64,000 nt of DNA, from the IMG/VR virus record IMGVR_UViG_3300011155_000013, positions 18,941 to 82,940 of that record, one strand, 5' to 3'. This stretch comes from a virus (lineage: Duplodnaviria > Heunggongvirae > Uroviricota > Caudoviricetes). Of this stretch, positions 55,157 to 63,867 are shown one piece after another. Position numbers and translations under genes: made by a program. The notes under the pieces were generated by a model. It saw only the letters and a list, made by a program, of their open reading frames with translations, was not told the DNA's origin and searched no databases. Positions within the stretch are counted from its first letter, which is position 1; each line of letters starts with the position of its first letter.

Positions 55157-55191
55157 CCGATTCCCAGGCCGTCAACAATGAGGCGGAGGCC

Positions 55192-56826
55192 TCAGTGGAG
55201 CAGCTCGTGCAGCAGATCTTTCCGATCCCGCACGATCTGGTTGTTTTCCTCCTCGTTTTTGAGGAGGTTCTTGAAGTTCCTGTCGAGTAAGGTTCCCATC
55301 ACTCGGAGGAAATAGACGTTCACGATGTTCTCCTGCCCCTTTCGGTCGGTGCGGGCAATGGCCTGCTTGGCGTCCTTGGGGGAGGTCGGACATTCGTAGA
55401 AGATGCTGTGGGAGGCACACTGCAGGTTCAGGCCGGCGCCGCCGGCGATCCAGTTGATGACGAATATCCTGCAGCTGGGGTCCGTCTTGAATTTCTCGAC
55501 CTGGCCGCGATCCGAACCGCCGTACAGGACGGCTGGGTTCCAGCGTGAGTAGCGCTTGGCCAGGAAGTCGATCGCCCGCTTGTAGTAGGCGAAGATGATG
55601 ACCTTGTGCTGGTCCGGGTTGATCGAGTCGAGCAGCGTGTCGCATGCCTTGGCGAGGTCGTTGTCCATGCTGACGCTTTGATCGAACTCATCAGGGCAGC
55701 TGATCAACTGCAGGGCCAGGTGGCGCAGCGCGCTCTGGTTGTCCGGCATCAGGACCTTGTCACCGAGGATGGCGAATCGGTTGTTGATGATCTTCTTGTA
55801 GAGCTTCTTGTGAGCCCCTGTCAGGTGCACTTTGATCTGCGTGATCAGCGGGTCAGGCATCTGGATCACATCCCGCTTCTGGACCCGCCGTGCGTTCTTG
55901 TAGAGCGCCTGGTAGACCTTCTCGGTGTTGTGATACGCGACGATTTTCTTGACCTTGACGTCCTTCTTGCCGTTGTTCACGGAGAAGGTCTGGATCTCAC
56001 AGTGCTGCCGCTCGAAGGCGGCTTTGTTGCCATACGCACCAGGGTTGATCAGCCGGATGATGCCGTAGACGTCCTCAAGGTGGGTCGGCACTGGCGTGCC
56101 GGTCATCAGGTAGACCGCGACCTCATCGCCCAGCTGCGCGCTCATCTCGTACACCGAGGTCGAGAGAATCGAATCGACGCCGCAAAGCGCATGCGCCTCG
56201 TCGAAGAAGAGCACGTTGTAGCCTGACCGCTTGAGCTTGAACTGAAACGGGTTACGCGCCCGGCCACGCTTGTTGATCTCCCTGCCGTCTTTGGTGAACG
56301 GCTTGGCGGTTCGGTCGTACGGTTCGCCTTCCCCCTTGAAATAAGGGCTGCCATCACGCTGGTACCAGAGGTTGTGGCCGATCGCCTTGGTAGGGGAGCG
56401 GTCATTCAGCACCCGGTAGATGTCGTAGGACATGATCAGGATGTCCGGCCAACCGGTGGCATCCCACTGATCGATCAGCTTCTTCTTCTGCGTGGCCGGC
56501 ACGTCCAGATGGGCGACTTTCAGGTGGTTGTCGATCCCGACGAAGAAGTCCTTCAGCTCCTCGTAGAACTGGACGATCAGCTTCGGTGGCATCGAGAAGA
56601 CGACCTTGTTTCCCAAGGACGCCATCAACACTGCGTGAATTTGCGCGGGGAAGGTCTTCCCGACGCCGGGGTCCCCTGCATCAAGGAAGCGCATGTTCCG
56701 GGCGTAGAGCTTCACCTGCTCCATTTGGTGTGGCATCGGCCAGAAGGGCAGCTGCACCTTATCGAACCAGACGGGGTAGTTGGTCACCCCGCTGGCGAGC
56801 ATCAGATCGCTAAGGCTTGATGCCAT
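55192..56826 (-). CDS. SNF2-family DEAH-box helicase
   Basis: Walker A DPGVGKT, DEAH box (FFDEAHAL), motif VI (QAIARTDRKGQ). Confidence 0.8.
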   Translation of the reverse strand: MASSLSDLMLASGVTNYPVWFDKVQLPFWPMPHQMEQVKLYARNMRFLDAGDPGVGKTFPAQIHAVLMASLGNKVVFSMPPKLIVQFYEELKDFFVGIDNHLKVAHLDVPATQKKKLIDQWDATGWPDILIMSYDIYRVLNDRSPTKAIGHNLWYQRDGSPYFKGEGEPYDRTAKPFTKDGREINKRGRARNPFQFKLKRSGYNVLFFDEAHALCGVDSILSTSVYEMSAQLGDEVAVYLMTGTPVPTHLEDVYGIIRLINPGAYGNKAAFERQHCEIQTFSVNNGKKDVKVKKIVAYHNTEKVYQALYKNARRVQKRDVIQMPDPLITQIKVHLTGAHKKLYKKIINNRFAILGDKVLMPDNQSALRHLALQLISCPDEFDQSVSMDNDLAKACDTLLDSINPDQHKVIIFAYYKRAIDFLAKRYSRWNPAVLYGGSDRGQVEKFKTDPSCRIFVINWIAGGAGLNLQCASHSIFYECPTSPKDAKQAIARTDRKGQENIVNVYFLRVMGTLLDRNFKNLLKNEEENNQIVRDRKDLLHELLH

Positions 56827-57037
56827 TGACCTTTCTCCGGGTCATGAGGTGGTCGTAGTCACCGCAGCAGAACTCATCGCAGAACCTGAGTCCGGCGCCG
56901 AGCGGCTCTTCGCAGTAGTAGCAAGAGCCTTTCGCCTGCAGGCGTGGCTCTGCCTCGGCCCGCGCAGCGGCGATAAAGCGCTCGAGGTTCTCAGCTGCTA
57001 CGTCGGCTGCTTCATCCACTGGGTCGGCATTACGCAT
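56810..57037 (-). CDS. small Cys-rich protein (75 aa, zinc-ribbon-like)
   Basis: CYYC...C...CC cluster. Confidence 0.35.
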   Translation of the reverse strand: MRNADPVDEAADVAAENLERFIAAARAEAEPRLQAKGSCYYCEEPLGAGLRFCDEFCCGDYDHLMTRRKVNGIKP

Positions 57038-57081
57038 TTTTCTTGTCTCCTTCGGGGCCGAAGCCCCTACTTCTGCCGCGC

Positions 57082-59943
57082 TCAGACTTCCGCTGGCTCG
57101 GTTTCATCTTGGAAGTTGGTTAGCGGCGTGCCTTTGCTGCGCACGGCCGACAGGTTGATGACGTGGACGTCGACGCCCTCCTTGTGGGGGTGTTGTTCAC
57201 GCCGGTCGAAGTACACTTCGCCCTCCAGCAGGCTGGTCATCTGCCGCGCTTCCTTGATCACCGGGATGTCCCCGAGCGTCTTGGCGTAGCGGCAGTAGCG
57301 GGGCAGGCAGGACGAGATCACCAGGAACAAGCTGTTTCCTTGACGCCAGTAGTGGTCACCAGCTCGCAGGCCTGTCTGGCGGTCCTCTGGATCCTCCGCC
57401 ATCTGGTTCAGCGTGCTGAGGACTCGGTCGACCTCGGAGATGGACTTCTCCTTCTCCATCTCGCCGGCATTGCTGGACAGGAAGCCTGAGAGGGCGTTGA
57501 ACAGTTCGTCGACGTGCTCACGACCCTTGACCTCGTAGTCGTCCATCGTCTTGGCGAGAAGGGCGAGCCCGGTAAGCGCTGTCTGGTAGCCCCATTTGGG
57601 GCGCGGGCCGATGCTGTCCGGCACCAAATGAGCAGTGCTGTCGAACACCTCCAGGACCTGCTCCGGGGCCATATTTACAGCTTTGGTGACCAGCGCCTTG
57701 GCCATTCTCATCAGCGCGTGGCGGCGCTTTGCCGCTTCCGCGTAATGGAACCTGTACTGGTCGTTCATCAGCGCCTTCGACGTGAGCTTCACCTCTACGG
57801 TCCGGCTGCGCAGGGATGGCACGGTGGCCGTCTGCTCGCTGGTGTAGACGATCGGTGAACTGACGCGGTCGGCGGAGATCCCGACCCCCTTCTCGCTGAG
57901 CTTTCCGCGCGGGACCGGAGCCCGGTTCCATGCAGCTTTCAGGATGCCGAGGATCTTGCCGTACATGCCGACGCCGATGTTCGCCGGGTTGACCTCCTCA
58001 ACCAGGCGGGGCACGGTGCTGCTGCTGGATACAAACCGGACCAGCGGATAGATCGTCGAAACCTCGACGTTCATGAAGTCCGCCTTGCCGTAGTCCATGC
58101 CGTTCAGAAAGCTCGCCAGGATTGCCAGCGAGGTCTTGCCAGCGCTGGCGTTCCCGCTGATGTTCAGTAGCGGGAACTGCACTTCGTTGAACTGGATGTG
58201 CTCGCGGAAGTGGCAGGCGACGTGCCAGCCGATCACCGCGCCAATACTGTGAGCCTCGTTCACCTTGGTCAGGTGGAAGATCGCCTCTTCGAGATCGGTG
58301 TCATCCTCGTAGGGGTAGTCTTCAGACAGCAGCTTCGGCGATTGCTTGGGGTCGCCGTTGTAGTAGTACCGGCTGACTTTACCTGCAGAGGTGCAGGAGC
58401 CAGCGTCCTCGACATAGTGGGCGACCACCTTGTCTTTGCGCCGGTCAAGCAGCACCCCGCACAGTTGGGTGCGAACCATCTTCTCGATTTCCTTGCCTTG
58501 CTGTTCAGCTTTGCGCCGGCCCAGTTCCTGGACGGCACGCAGCAGGTTCTGGATGTCTGCGTCGGAGGCGGTGACTGTCGCGCTGTTGCGCCCACTGATC
58601 GCGCTGATCAACGATCGCTTTGATGACCACGCTTCCTCCGGCATCTCGTGATCCTCGACCGTCTGGCCAAGGTCATCGATCAGCCTTCCGATGTAGGCCC
58701 TGCGCGGCGACTCCTTGAACAACACCTGATCGGCGGAGACGTCCTCGAGGTCATACACCTCGGTATGCGGCCAGAAGGTGAAGGTGGTCAGCTTGCGCCC
58801 GCTGCCCTCGTTCTCCAGGAAGTAGCCGATGGTGGCTGCCCTGATGCTCGTCCGAGGGTCAAAGTCGTCCTCATCGTCGCTGCCCCTCTGCTCTGGGTTC
58901 TCAACGTCGCCGCGGCAGATGATGCAGTGTCCGCAGGGCTTGCCGATCGTTGCGATCAGTGGTCCTGGGAGGAACTTCAGCCGGCCAGTGAAGGCCCGGT
59001 TGAGCATCCCTTCCACATGCTTGCGGCGCTCCTTTGCCGAGGGCCGGGCGCTGCTCTCCACGTTGGTCACGAACGGCTCTACGATGTCGGCGGTGTACTC
59101 GTCGGCGTCGTCTCGCTCGTAGCGCGCTGCCACATACGCGGCGACCTGCATCGCAGCCTGGTTCCAGTTCGACTCTGGTGAGTCGCCCTCGGTAATCAGC
59201 TTCTGGATACAGCCTGGAACCTCTGTCAGGGCCTGCAGCTTTTCCTTCGGCACTACCACGGACGACTTCATCGCCTTAACTCGCTTGGCCGCCCGGATGC
59301 GCGCCGCTTTGAACAGCGCCTCGGCCTTGGGGAAGATCACCGAATCAGACGGCTCGTTCAGCGCCATCGACGGGCGCGGCTGGGCTACCAGCGTGGCGTA
59401 CTGCTCGCTGTCCATGTCGACCAGCTCGTCGTAGGTCACTCCGACCTTGAACGTGCCGGTGGGGCGCTGGATGTTCTCGCACCGCCACATCCGGCCGCGG
59501 CCCGCCGAGTAGACGACCATGTCGAGGTGCTCGACTTTCATCGTCTCCGCGACTTCGCGGTAGATCAGCGGGAGAGCCTTCACCGGCGCCTTCAGTCCGA
59601 AGACCCGGGCCGGCACCGTAACGTGCACGCCTTTCTTCCCGGACAGCCAGCAATGAACGAAGGACTTGTCGATGTCCAACTTCTTCGTCAGGTGGGTCAG
59701 GACAGTGCGGACCGACTCGAGGACGGCATCCAGGTCAGGACCGTCGAAGTCGAAATACATAGGTCCCATGTACTTGACGTGGTCGAGCGGGTCTTCGCCG
59801 TTCTCAGCGAAGTTTTCCGGATCCTGGTCGACCTTCAGGACAGTCATGAAGGCTGGCGGCTGCTCTAGTCCGGAGAGCTGCCGCTCGTCGTACAGGCGCC
59901 AGGCTTCCTTCGCGTTCGGCTTGAACTGCAGGAAATGGTACAT
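57082..59943 (-). CDS. bifunctional primase-polymerase (AEP) plus SF3/D5-like helicase
   Basis: AEP motifs (FDFDGPD; SGKKGVHV). C-terminal Walker A GNASAGKTSLA. 953 aa. Confidence 0.75.
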   Translation of the reverse strand: MYHFLQFKPNAKEAWRLYDERQLSGLEQPPAFMTVLKVDQDPENFAENGEDPLDHVKYMGPMYFDFDGPDLDAVLESVRTVLTHLTKKLDIDKSFVHCWLSGKKGVHVTVPARVFGLKAPVKALPLIYREVAETMKVEHLDMVVYSAGRGRMWRCENIQRPTGTFKVGVTYDELVDMDSEQYATLVAQPRPSMALNEPSDSVIFPKAEALFKAARIRAAKRVKAMKSSVVVPKEKLQALTEVPGCIQKLITEGDSPESNWNQAAMQVAAYVAARYERDDADEYTADIVEPFVTNVESSARPSAKERRKHVEGMLNRAFTGRLKFLPGPLIATIGKPCGHCIICRGDVENPEQRGSDDEDDFDPRTSIRAATIGYFLENEGSGRKLTTFTFWPHTEVYDLEDVSADQVLFKESPRRAYIGRLIDDLGQTVEDHEMPEEAWSSKRSLISAISGRNSATVTASDADIQNLLRAVQELGRRKAEQQGKEIEKMVRTQLCGVLLDRRKDKVVAHYVEDAGSCTSAGKVSRYYYNGDPKQSPKLLSEDYPYEDDTDLEEAIFHLTKVNEAHSIGAVIGWHVACHFREHIQFNEVQFPLLNISGNASAGKTSLAILASFLNGMDYGKADFMNVEVSTIYPLVRFVSSSSTVPRLVEEVNPANIGVGMYGKILGILKAAWNRAPVPRGKLSEKGVGISADRVSSPIVYTSEQTATVPSLRSRTVEVKLTSKALMNDQYRFHYAEAAKRRHALMRMAKALVTKAVNMAPEQVLEVFDSTAHLVPDSIGPRPKWGYQTALTGLALLAKTMDDYEVKGREHVDELFNALSGFLSSNAGEMEKEKSISEVDRVLSTLNQMAEDPEDRQTGLRAGDHYWRQGNSLFLVISSCLPRYCRYAKTLGDIPVIKEARQMTSLLEGEVYFDRREQHPHKEGVDVHVINLSAVRSKGTPLTNFQDETEPAEV

Positions 59944-59950
59944 GGCACCC

Positions 59951-60229
59951 TCACGCCATCAGCGTTTCAGACTTTCTGGTGATGTAGCAGGAGCCCTTGC
60001 GCTGATAGACCTCGGCGTCGGAGTCAGCCAGGCCACGGCGTTGCAGGCTCTGGCGGAAGAGGGTGGTGTTGTAGACCCGGCCGAGCTTCAGCGACTTGCC
60101 CACTTCCAGGGCGTTGTAGTGCTGAGCGAGCTCGACGTAGTCGATCCTTTTTACCGGGGCGGGGGCGTCTGTTTCTGATACTTGTTGAATCTGCATGGGC
60201 CTCTCCCGAGTTTCTGATTTCTGGGTCAC
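59951..60229 (-). CDS. hypothetical protein (92 aa)
   Basis: ORF only. Confidence 0.35.
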   Translation of the reverse strand: MTQKSETRERPMQIQQVSETDAPAPVKRIDYVELAQHYNALEVGKSLKLGRVYNTTLFRQSLQRRGLADSDAEVYQRKGSCYITRKSETLMA

Positions 60230-61533
60230 GCGACGTACTTGCCCTTGTTGAGCAGCAGTTCGTGACTCGGGCGGCTGAACGCCACATACACGAGTCGCTG
60301 CCGCTCAGCGCGGATGTTGTTCTTGAGGATGTTGTTCAGGTCGACGAAAGCTCGCCGGAAGGTGCTGCCTTGTGAGCGGTGCACCGTGATGCAGTAGCAG
60401 TAGCGGATGGACGCAAACAGGTCCTTGAAGTCGTGGTACTTCGCCCAGAACATGCGTGCTTCCTGGGGGTGCTTCTTGGCCATGGACGCGAGGTGGTTCA
60501 GTCGGTCCCAGTAACGATCCGTTTCCCGGTCGTCGAGGACGTGGGCGAACACCTGGCCGATGTCGGCGTGAATCGGGTTCAGGACCAGCATCAGCGTCCG
60601 GTAGCTGTCTCCGGTCTCCTCGTCCTCGATCGACGACTCGGTGATCCGGTGGACGATGCACTCCTCGTCGGTGCTGAGTAGCACCGTCTCGCCGTCTGTG
60701 ATTGGTGCACCGGTGACGACTCGTTCGCCTTCCACGAACCGCGGCGCGCCTCTGCCGAACAGCTTCTGGCGGATAGCAGAGTTGATCTCGTCGACCCGGG
60801 CATTGGACCAGGCCAGAACACGCTGCTCATCGAGATCGGTGTCCTTGTCGAACGCCTTCACCACTTCCTTGAGGAAGTCAGCTGACTTGATCACCTCGAC
60901 GCCGTTGCCCTGGATCGCCGGCGAGAAAAAGGGCTTGTTGTTGGCCATCGCCGTGCGCAGCAGGCCGCTGAGCGTGAGGATGTTGCTGTCGGCGGCCTGT
61001 CGTTCCACCTGGGTCAGGCGGACCGTGTCGAAGACCTTGAACGCCAGCGACTCCTTTTCCTTCACCGGCGGCAGCTGCATGTCGTCGCCCATGAGCAGCA
61101 GCTTGCAGTTGTGCTCTTTGGCGTCCGGCAGCAGGTAGTCGAAGAGGACGCGCTTGCCGAGCATCGAGGCCTCGTCCACCACCACAACGTCGAAGATCGG
61201 GAACACGCCGCGGCCCAGCCGGTGGGCGTACTTGTTCTCTTCGGACGGGAGCAGGGCCAGCCCCAACGCGCTGTGCAGGGTCTGGAAGGCGACGTTATTC
61301 AGCGTCAGGCCGTACCGTTTCGCCGACTTCTCAAGCTGTTTGACGGCTTTGTTGGTCGGGGCGGTGAACAGGACCTTGAGGCCTGCTTTGATCAGCTGGG
61401 CGGCTATGTCCATGACGCAGGTGGTTTTTCCTGTGCCACCTTCTCCGATGATGGTCAGGCCTGGCAGGTCTTTTTCTAGGAAGCCATCTACCGCTCGGCG
61501 AATGGCAGCCTTCTGGTCGTTGTTGAATTCCAT
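60226..61533 (-). CDS. Dda/RecD-like SF1B DNA helicase
   Basis: Walker A GEGGTGKTT. Walker B VVVDEASM. C-terminal SF1 motifs (ITVHRSQGST). Confidence 0.8.
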   Translation of the reverse strand: MEFNNDQKAAIRRAVDGFLEKDLPGLTIIGEGGTGKTTCVMDIAAQLIKAGLKVLFTAPTNKAVKQLEKSAKRYGLTLNNVAFQTLHSALGLALLPSEENKYAHRLGRGVFPIFDVVVVDEASMLGKRVLFDYLLPDAKEHNCKLLLMGDDMQLPPVKEKESLAFKVFDTVRLTQVERQAADSNILTLSGLLRTAMANNKPFFSPAIQGNGVEVIKSADFLKEVVKAFDKDTDLDEQRVLAWSNARVDEINSAIRQKLFGRGAPRFVEGERVVTGAPITDGETVLLSTDEECIVHRITESSIEDEETGDSYRTLMLVLNPIHADIGQVFAHVLDDRETDRYWDRLNHLASMAKKHPQEARMFWAKYHDFKDLFASIRYCYCITVHRSQGSTFRRAFVDLNNILKNNIRAERQRLVYVAFSRPSHELLLNKGKYVA

Positions 61534-61552
61534 GTGAGTTCCTTATGTAATG

Positions 61553-61575
61553 CTGTATACCTGTAAATACAGGTT
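61553..61575. promoter_or_regulatory. ctgtatac plus cctgtaaatacaggtt, upstream of the Dda-like helicase gene
   Basis: Seen in sequence. Confidence 0.55.
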
Positions 61576-61655
61576 ATTGGGCAGTACGTTTTCTTTTTAT
61601 GAAGTTCTAGCGCAAGCGGCGATGCTACCGGCTGCGTTCGAGGGCAGTCAACGGG

Positions 61656-61994
61656 TCATTTGACGACGCGGAGGGAAGGTCTTTGCTTGACGCGGGTTAC
61701 GCTGTTTTTGCGGGTTTCGGCCGCGACACACAGAGGGGCCACCGGCTGTGATCCGGCCCTGACCGCCTCCATCATCACCTCGGCGAGGGACAGGTTGTAG
61801 CGGGCAGCGGTGTTGATCATCACGGACAGATGAACATGGCCGATCCGTTCAAGGGTGGCTTCGGTCACGACGGACCTGGCAACCTCGAGATGGCGGTAGA
61901 TGTTGTCACGCAGGGCGTGTTCATCCACGTCCAGCTTGCATTTGCGGCTGAACTGCAGGGTGTACTGAACGACCTTCTCGTCGATGTCAGCCAT
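61656..61994 (-). CDS. hypothetical protein (112 aa)
   Basis: ORF 61656..62063. The internal ATG at 61994 is preferred because the upstream part is low-complexity. Confidence 0.35.
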   Translation of the reverse strand: MADIDEKVVQYTLQFSRKCKLDVDEHALRDNIYRHLEVARSVVTEATLERIGHVHLSVMINTAARYNLSLAEVMMEAVRAGSQPVAPLCVAAETRKNSVTRVKQRPSLRVVK

Positions 61995-62295
61995 AGAGTT
62001 GGACGACGTTCGCTTTCTCTTGGGCTCTGGGGAGCTCGGTTTTAGGGAAGACTGTGATGGCACTGATCAGTCGGCTGCGGCGCTGCGCGTCGGTCTCACC
62101 GTTGATAACTGCAGTTGCCCAGTCTGAGTACAGTGCATAGAGCACTTGGTCGGAGGTTGCGTCAACGACTTCCTCGCAGACTACGCTGTCCAGCTCCGAA
62201 AGGAACATTGTGATTGCGAAGTCCCTGCTGTCCGCAGTGCCTCTGCTGGAATGCTCAATCGATAGCCTGCGAAGCCTCGCCAGGCGATTGCTCAT
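61987..62295 (-). CDS. hypothetical protein (102 aa)
   Basis: ORF only. Confidence 0.35.
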   Translation of the reverse strand: MSNRLARLRRLSIEHSSRGTADSRDFAITMFLSELDSVVCEEVVDATSDQVLYALYSDWATAVINGETDAQRRSRLISAITVFPKTELPRAQEKANVVQLYG

Positions 62296-62304
62296 CAGAA
62301 CTCC

Positions 62305-62511
62305 TTACTCGACAGGTTTCGAGTATTTGGGGATGGTGTATTCGGTCAGTGCCTCGATCATCAGGTCCTTGGCGGATTTGCGGCTGAACGCTGCGATCTG
62401 CTTGAGCTTAGCGTGCAGCTCCTCCGGCATGTCCATGGTGAACTTCTTTTCTTGTCGGGCGAGGAGGTAGGAAGCCTGGAGGGACGATCCTACTGGATGG
62501 GCTTTAGGCAT
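62305..62511 (-). CDS. ribbon-helix-helix (Arc/CopG-like) DNA-binding protein
   Basis: 68 aa with an RHH pattern (KKFTMDMPEELHAKLKQIAAFSRKSAKDLMIEAL). Confidence 0.5.
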   Translation of the reverse strand: MPKAHPVGSSLQASYLLARQEKKFTMDMPEELHAKLKQIAAFSRKSAKDLMIEALTEYTIPKYSKPVE

Positions 62512-62559
62512 GGGGCAAAATCCTTTATGTCAATTAACGAGTAATTGAATCCTATTTTG

Positions 62560-62581
62560 GACCTGTATTGCTGTCAATACA
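62560..62581. promoter_or_regulatory. acctgtattg-ctgtc-aatacag inverted pair, upstream of the RHH gene
   Basis: Seen in sequence. Nearly identical to the reverse complement of the ligase-upstream copy. Confidence 0.55.
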
Positions 62582-62622
62582 GATTCAAGTATATAAGAAT
62601 TAAATTACGGTTAATCGGGGCT

Positions 62623-63261
62623 TCATGCCCAGGTTCTTGCGACTTCCCTCACGAACTCCCCCTTGGCGTTGCGTGCCAAGGTCACCTTCGCTTCTGCAGG
62701 TATGGCCACGATCTTGGCTGCGCCGGCTTCCGCTGCCTCCTCGTTTGCGTCCGACACTGCTCTGACAAGCTCAGGCGCTGAACGCCCTTCAATAGTCGCC
62801 AGCTCCTCTGTGGTGAACGGAGTGCCGCGGAGGTCGCCGGCCTTGTCGAGGACCTCTTGCTTCAGCCGCAGGCGATCAGCGCCTTTGGCAATAACCGCCA
62901 ATCGAAGGCCGTGCGGATCGTCAGGGCCTCCGGCAACGCCGAGGATCTCGACATCGGAGGGTGAAGGGCTGAGCAGGTATGATCGGTCGACGCTGCCTGG
63001 TGGGCAGGTCAGGTAAAGGGGGATGATTCGGTTTGTGGCCTGCAAGGGCGTGAGGTTGCTGTCGTACACCGCCTCGAGCAGCGGTCTAGGCAGGCCGAGG
63101 CCGGCTGGGCCGCTGGAATACAGCTTCTCTATCCTTGCCAGGAAGTCCAGGTAGTTGTCACGGTCTGCTCCGGCCCAGTGAAGGCGGGCGGGGCTTTTGT
63201 GAGTGTGCAGTGCTATGTAGGTGCCGCGTCTCGGAAGCGAGAGGGCAGTGAGGTACAGCAT
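62623..63261 (-). CDS. hypothetical protein (212 aa)
   Basis: ORF only. Confidence 0.4.
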   Translation of the reverse strand: MLYLTALSLPRRGTYIALHTHKSPARLHWAGADRDNYLDFLARIEKLYSSGPAGLGLPRPLLEAVYDSNLTPLQATNRIIPLYLTCPPGSVDRSYLLSPSPSDVEILGVAGGPDDPHGLRLAVIAKGADRLRLKQEVLDKAGDLRGTPFTTEELATIEGRSAPELVRAVSDANEEAAEAGAAKIVAIPAEAKVTLARNAKGEFVREVARTWA

Positions 63262-63395
63262 GACGACTCCTTGCGCGCAGGTTTGCTTGCCACTAGAATC
63301 GAAGGCGTGAATTCCTTCTTGCGCCGGCCCTTAAAGCCGGCGTTTCTTTTTCTGGTGGGCAAGCCTGCTAGCAAGGTGTCGCTCCGTCAAGCAGG

Positions 63396-63659
63396 TCAGT
63401 GTTTAGCCGCTTCCTCGGCGGTGTTGATCAGCTCGACAACCAGCGGCTTCGCTTTGTAGATCTTCTTGTTGTGTTGGCGCTCAAAGACAACTGCCCCCCC
63501 TTGGTTCAGGAGGCAGAGGTGTCGGGATGCGTTTGCCTGCGAGATTTCGAGACGGGCTGCCACGTCATTTACGCAAAGACCATTTTCCGTGTGCAGCAAC
63601 TGAACGATGTGCAGGCGGGTAGGGTGGGACAAACTGTTGAGCAATTCGGCAGACGACAT
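63396..63659 (-). CDS. ArsR/SmtB-family winged-HTH transcriptional regulator
   Basis: 87 aa with LSHPTRLHIVQLL...VNDVAARLEISQANASRHLCLL. Confidence 0.65.
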   Translation of the reverse strand: MSSAELLNSLSHPTRLHIVQLLHTENGLCVNDVAARLEISQANASRHLCLLNQGGAVVFERQHNKKIYKAKPLVVELINTAEEAAKH

Positions 63660-63691
63660 TCTTTTTCCTATAAGGTTCTGTGTTGGCTGGT

Positions 63692-63733
63692 GAATACAGT
63701 AATACAGGTCCGTAAATATGTAAATACAGGTCT
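63692..63733. promoter_or_regulatory. cluster of four sites (gaatacag, aatacaggtc, ccgtaaatatg, tgtaaatacaggtct) upstream of the ArsR-family gene and about 130 bp upstream of lepA
   Basis: Seen in sequence. Confidence 0.55.
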
Positions 63734-63867
63734 CCCCCAGTATTTGCTTTCACGCGAGTAGCTTTCCGCCGATTCCTGTATATTGCTCCGCTGCCCGCCG
63801 GATCGCTCCAAACGGGGCACTTTCAGAAATGCGTACATAACGGCGTACATAGTTCAGGTTTTAGCGG

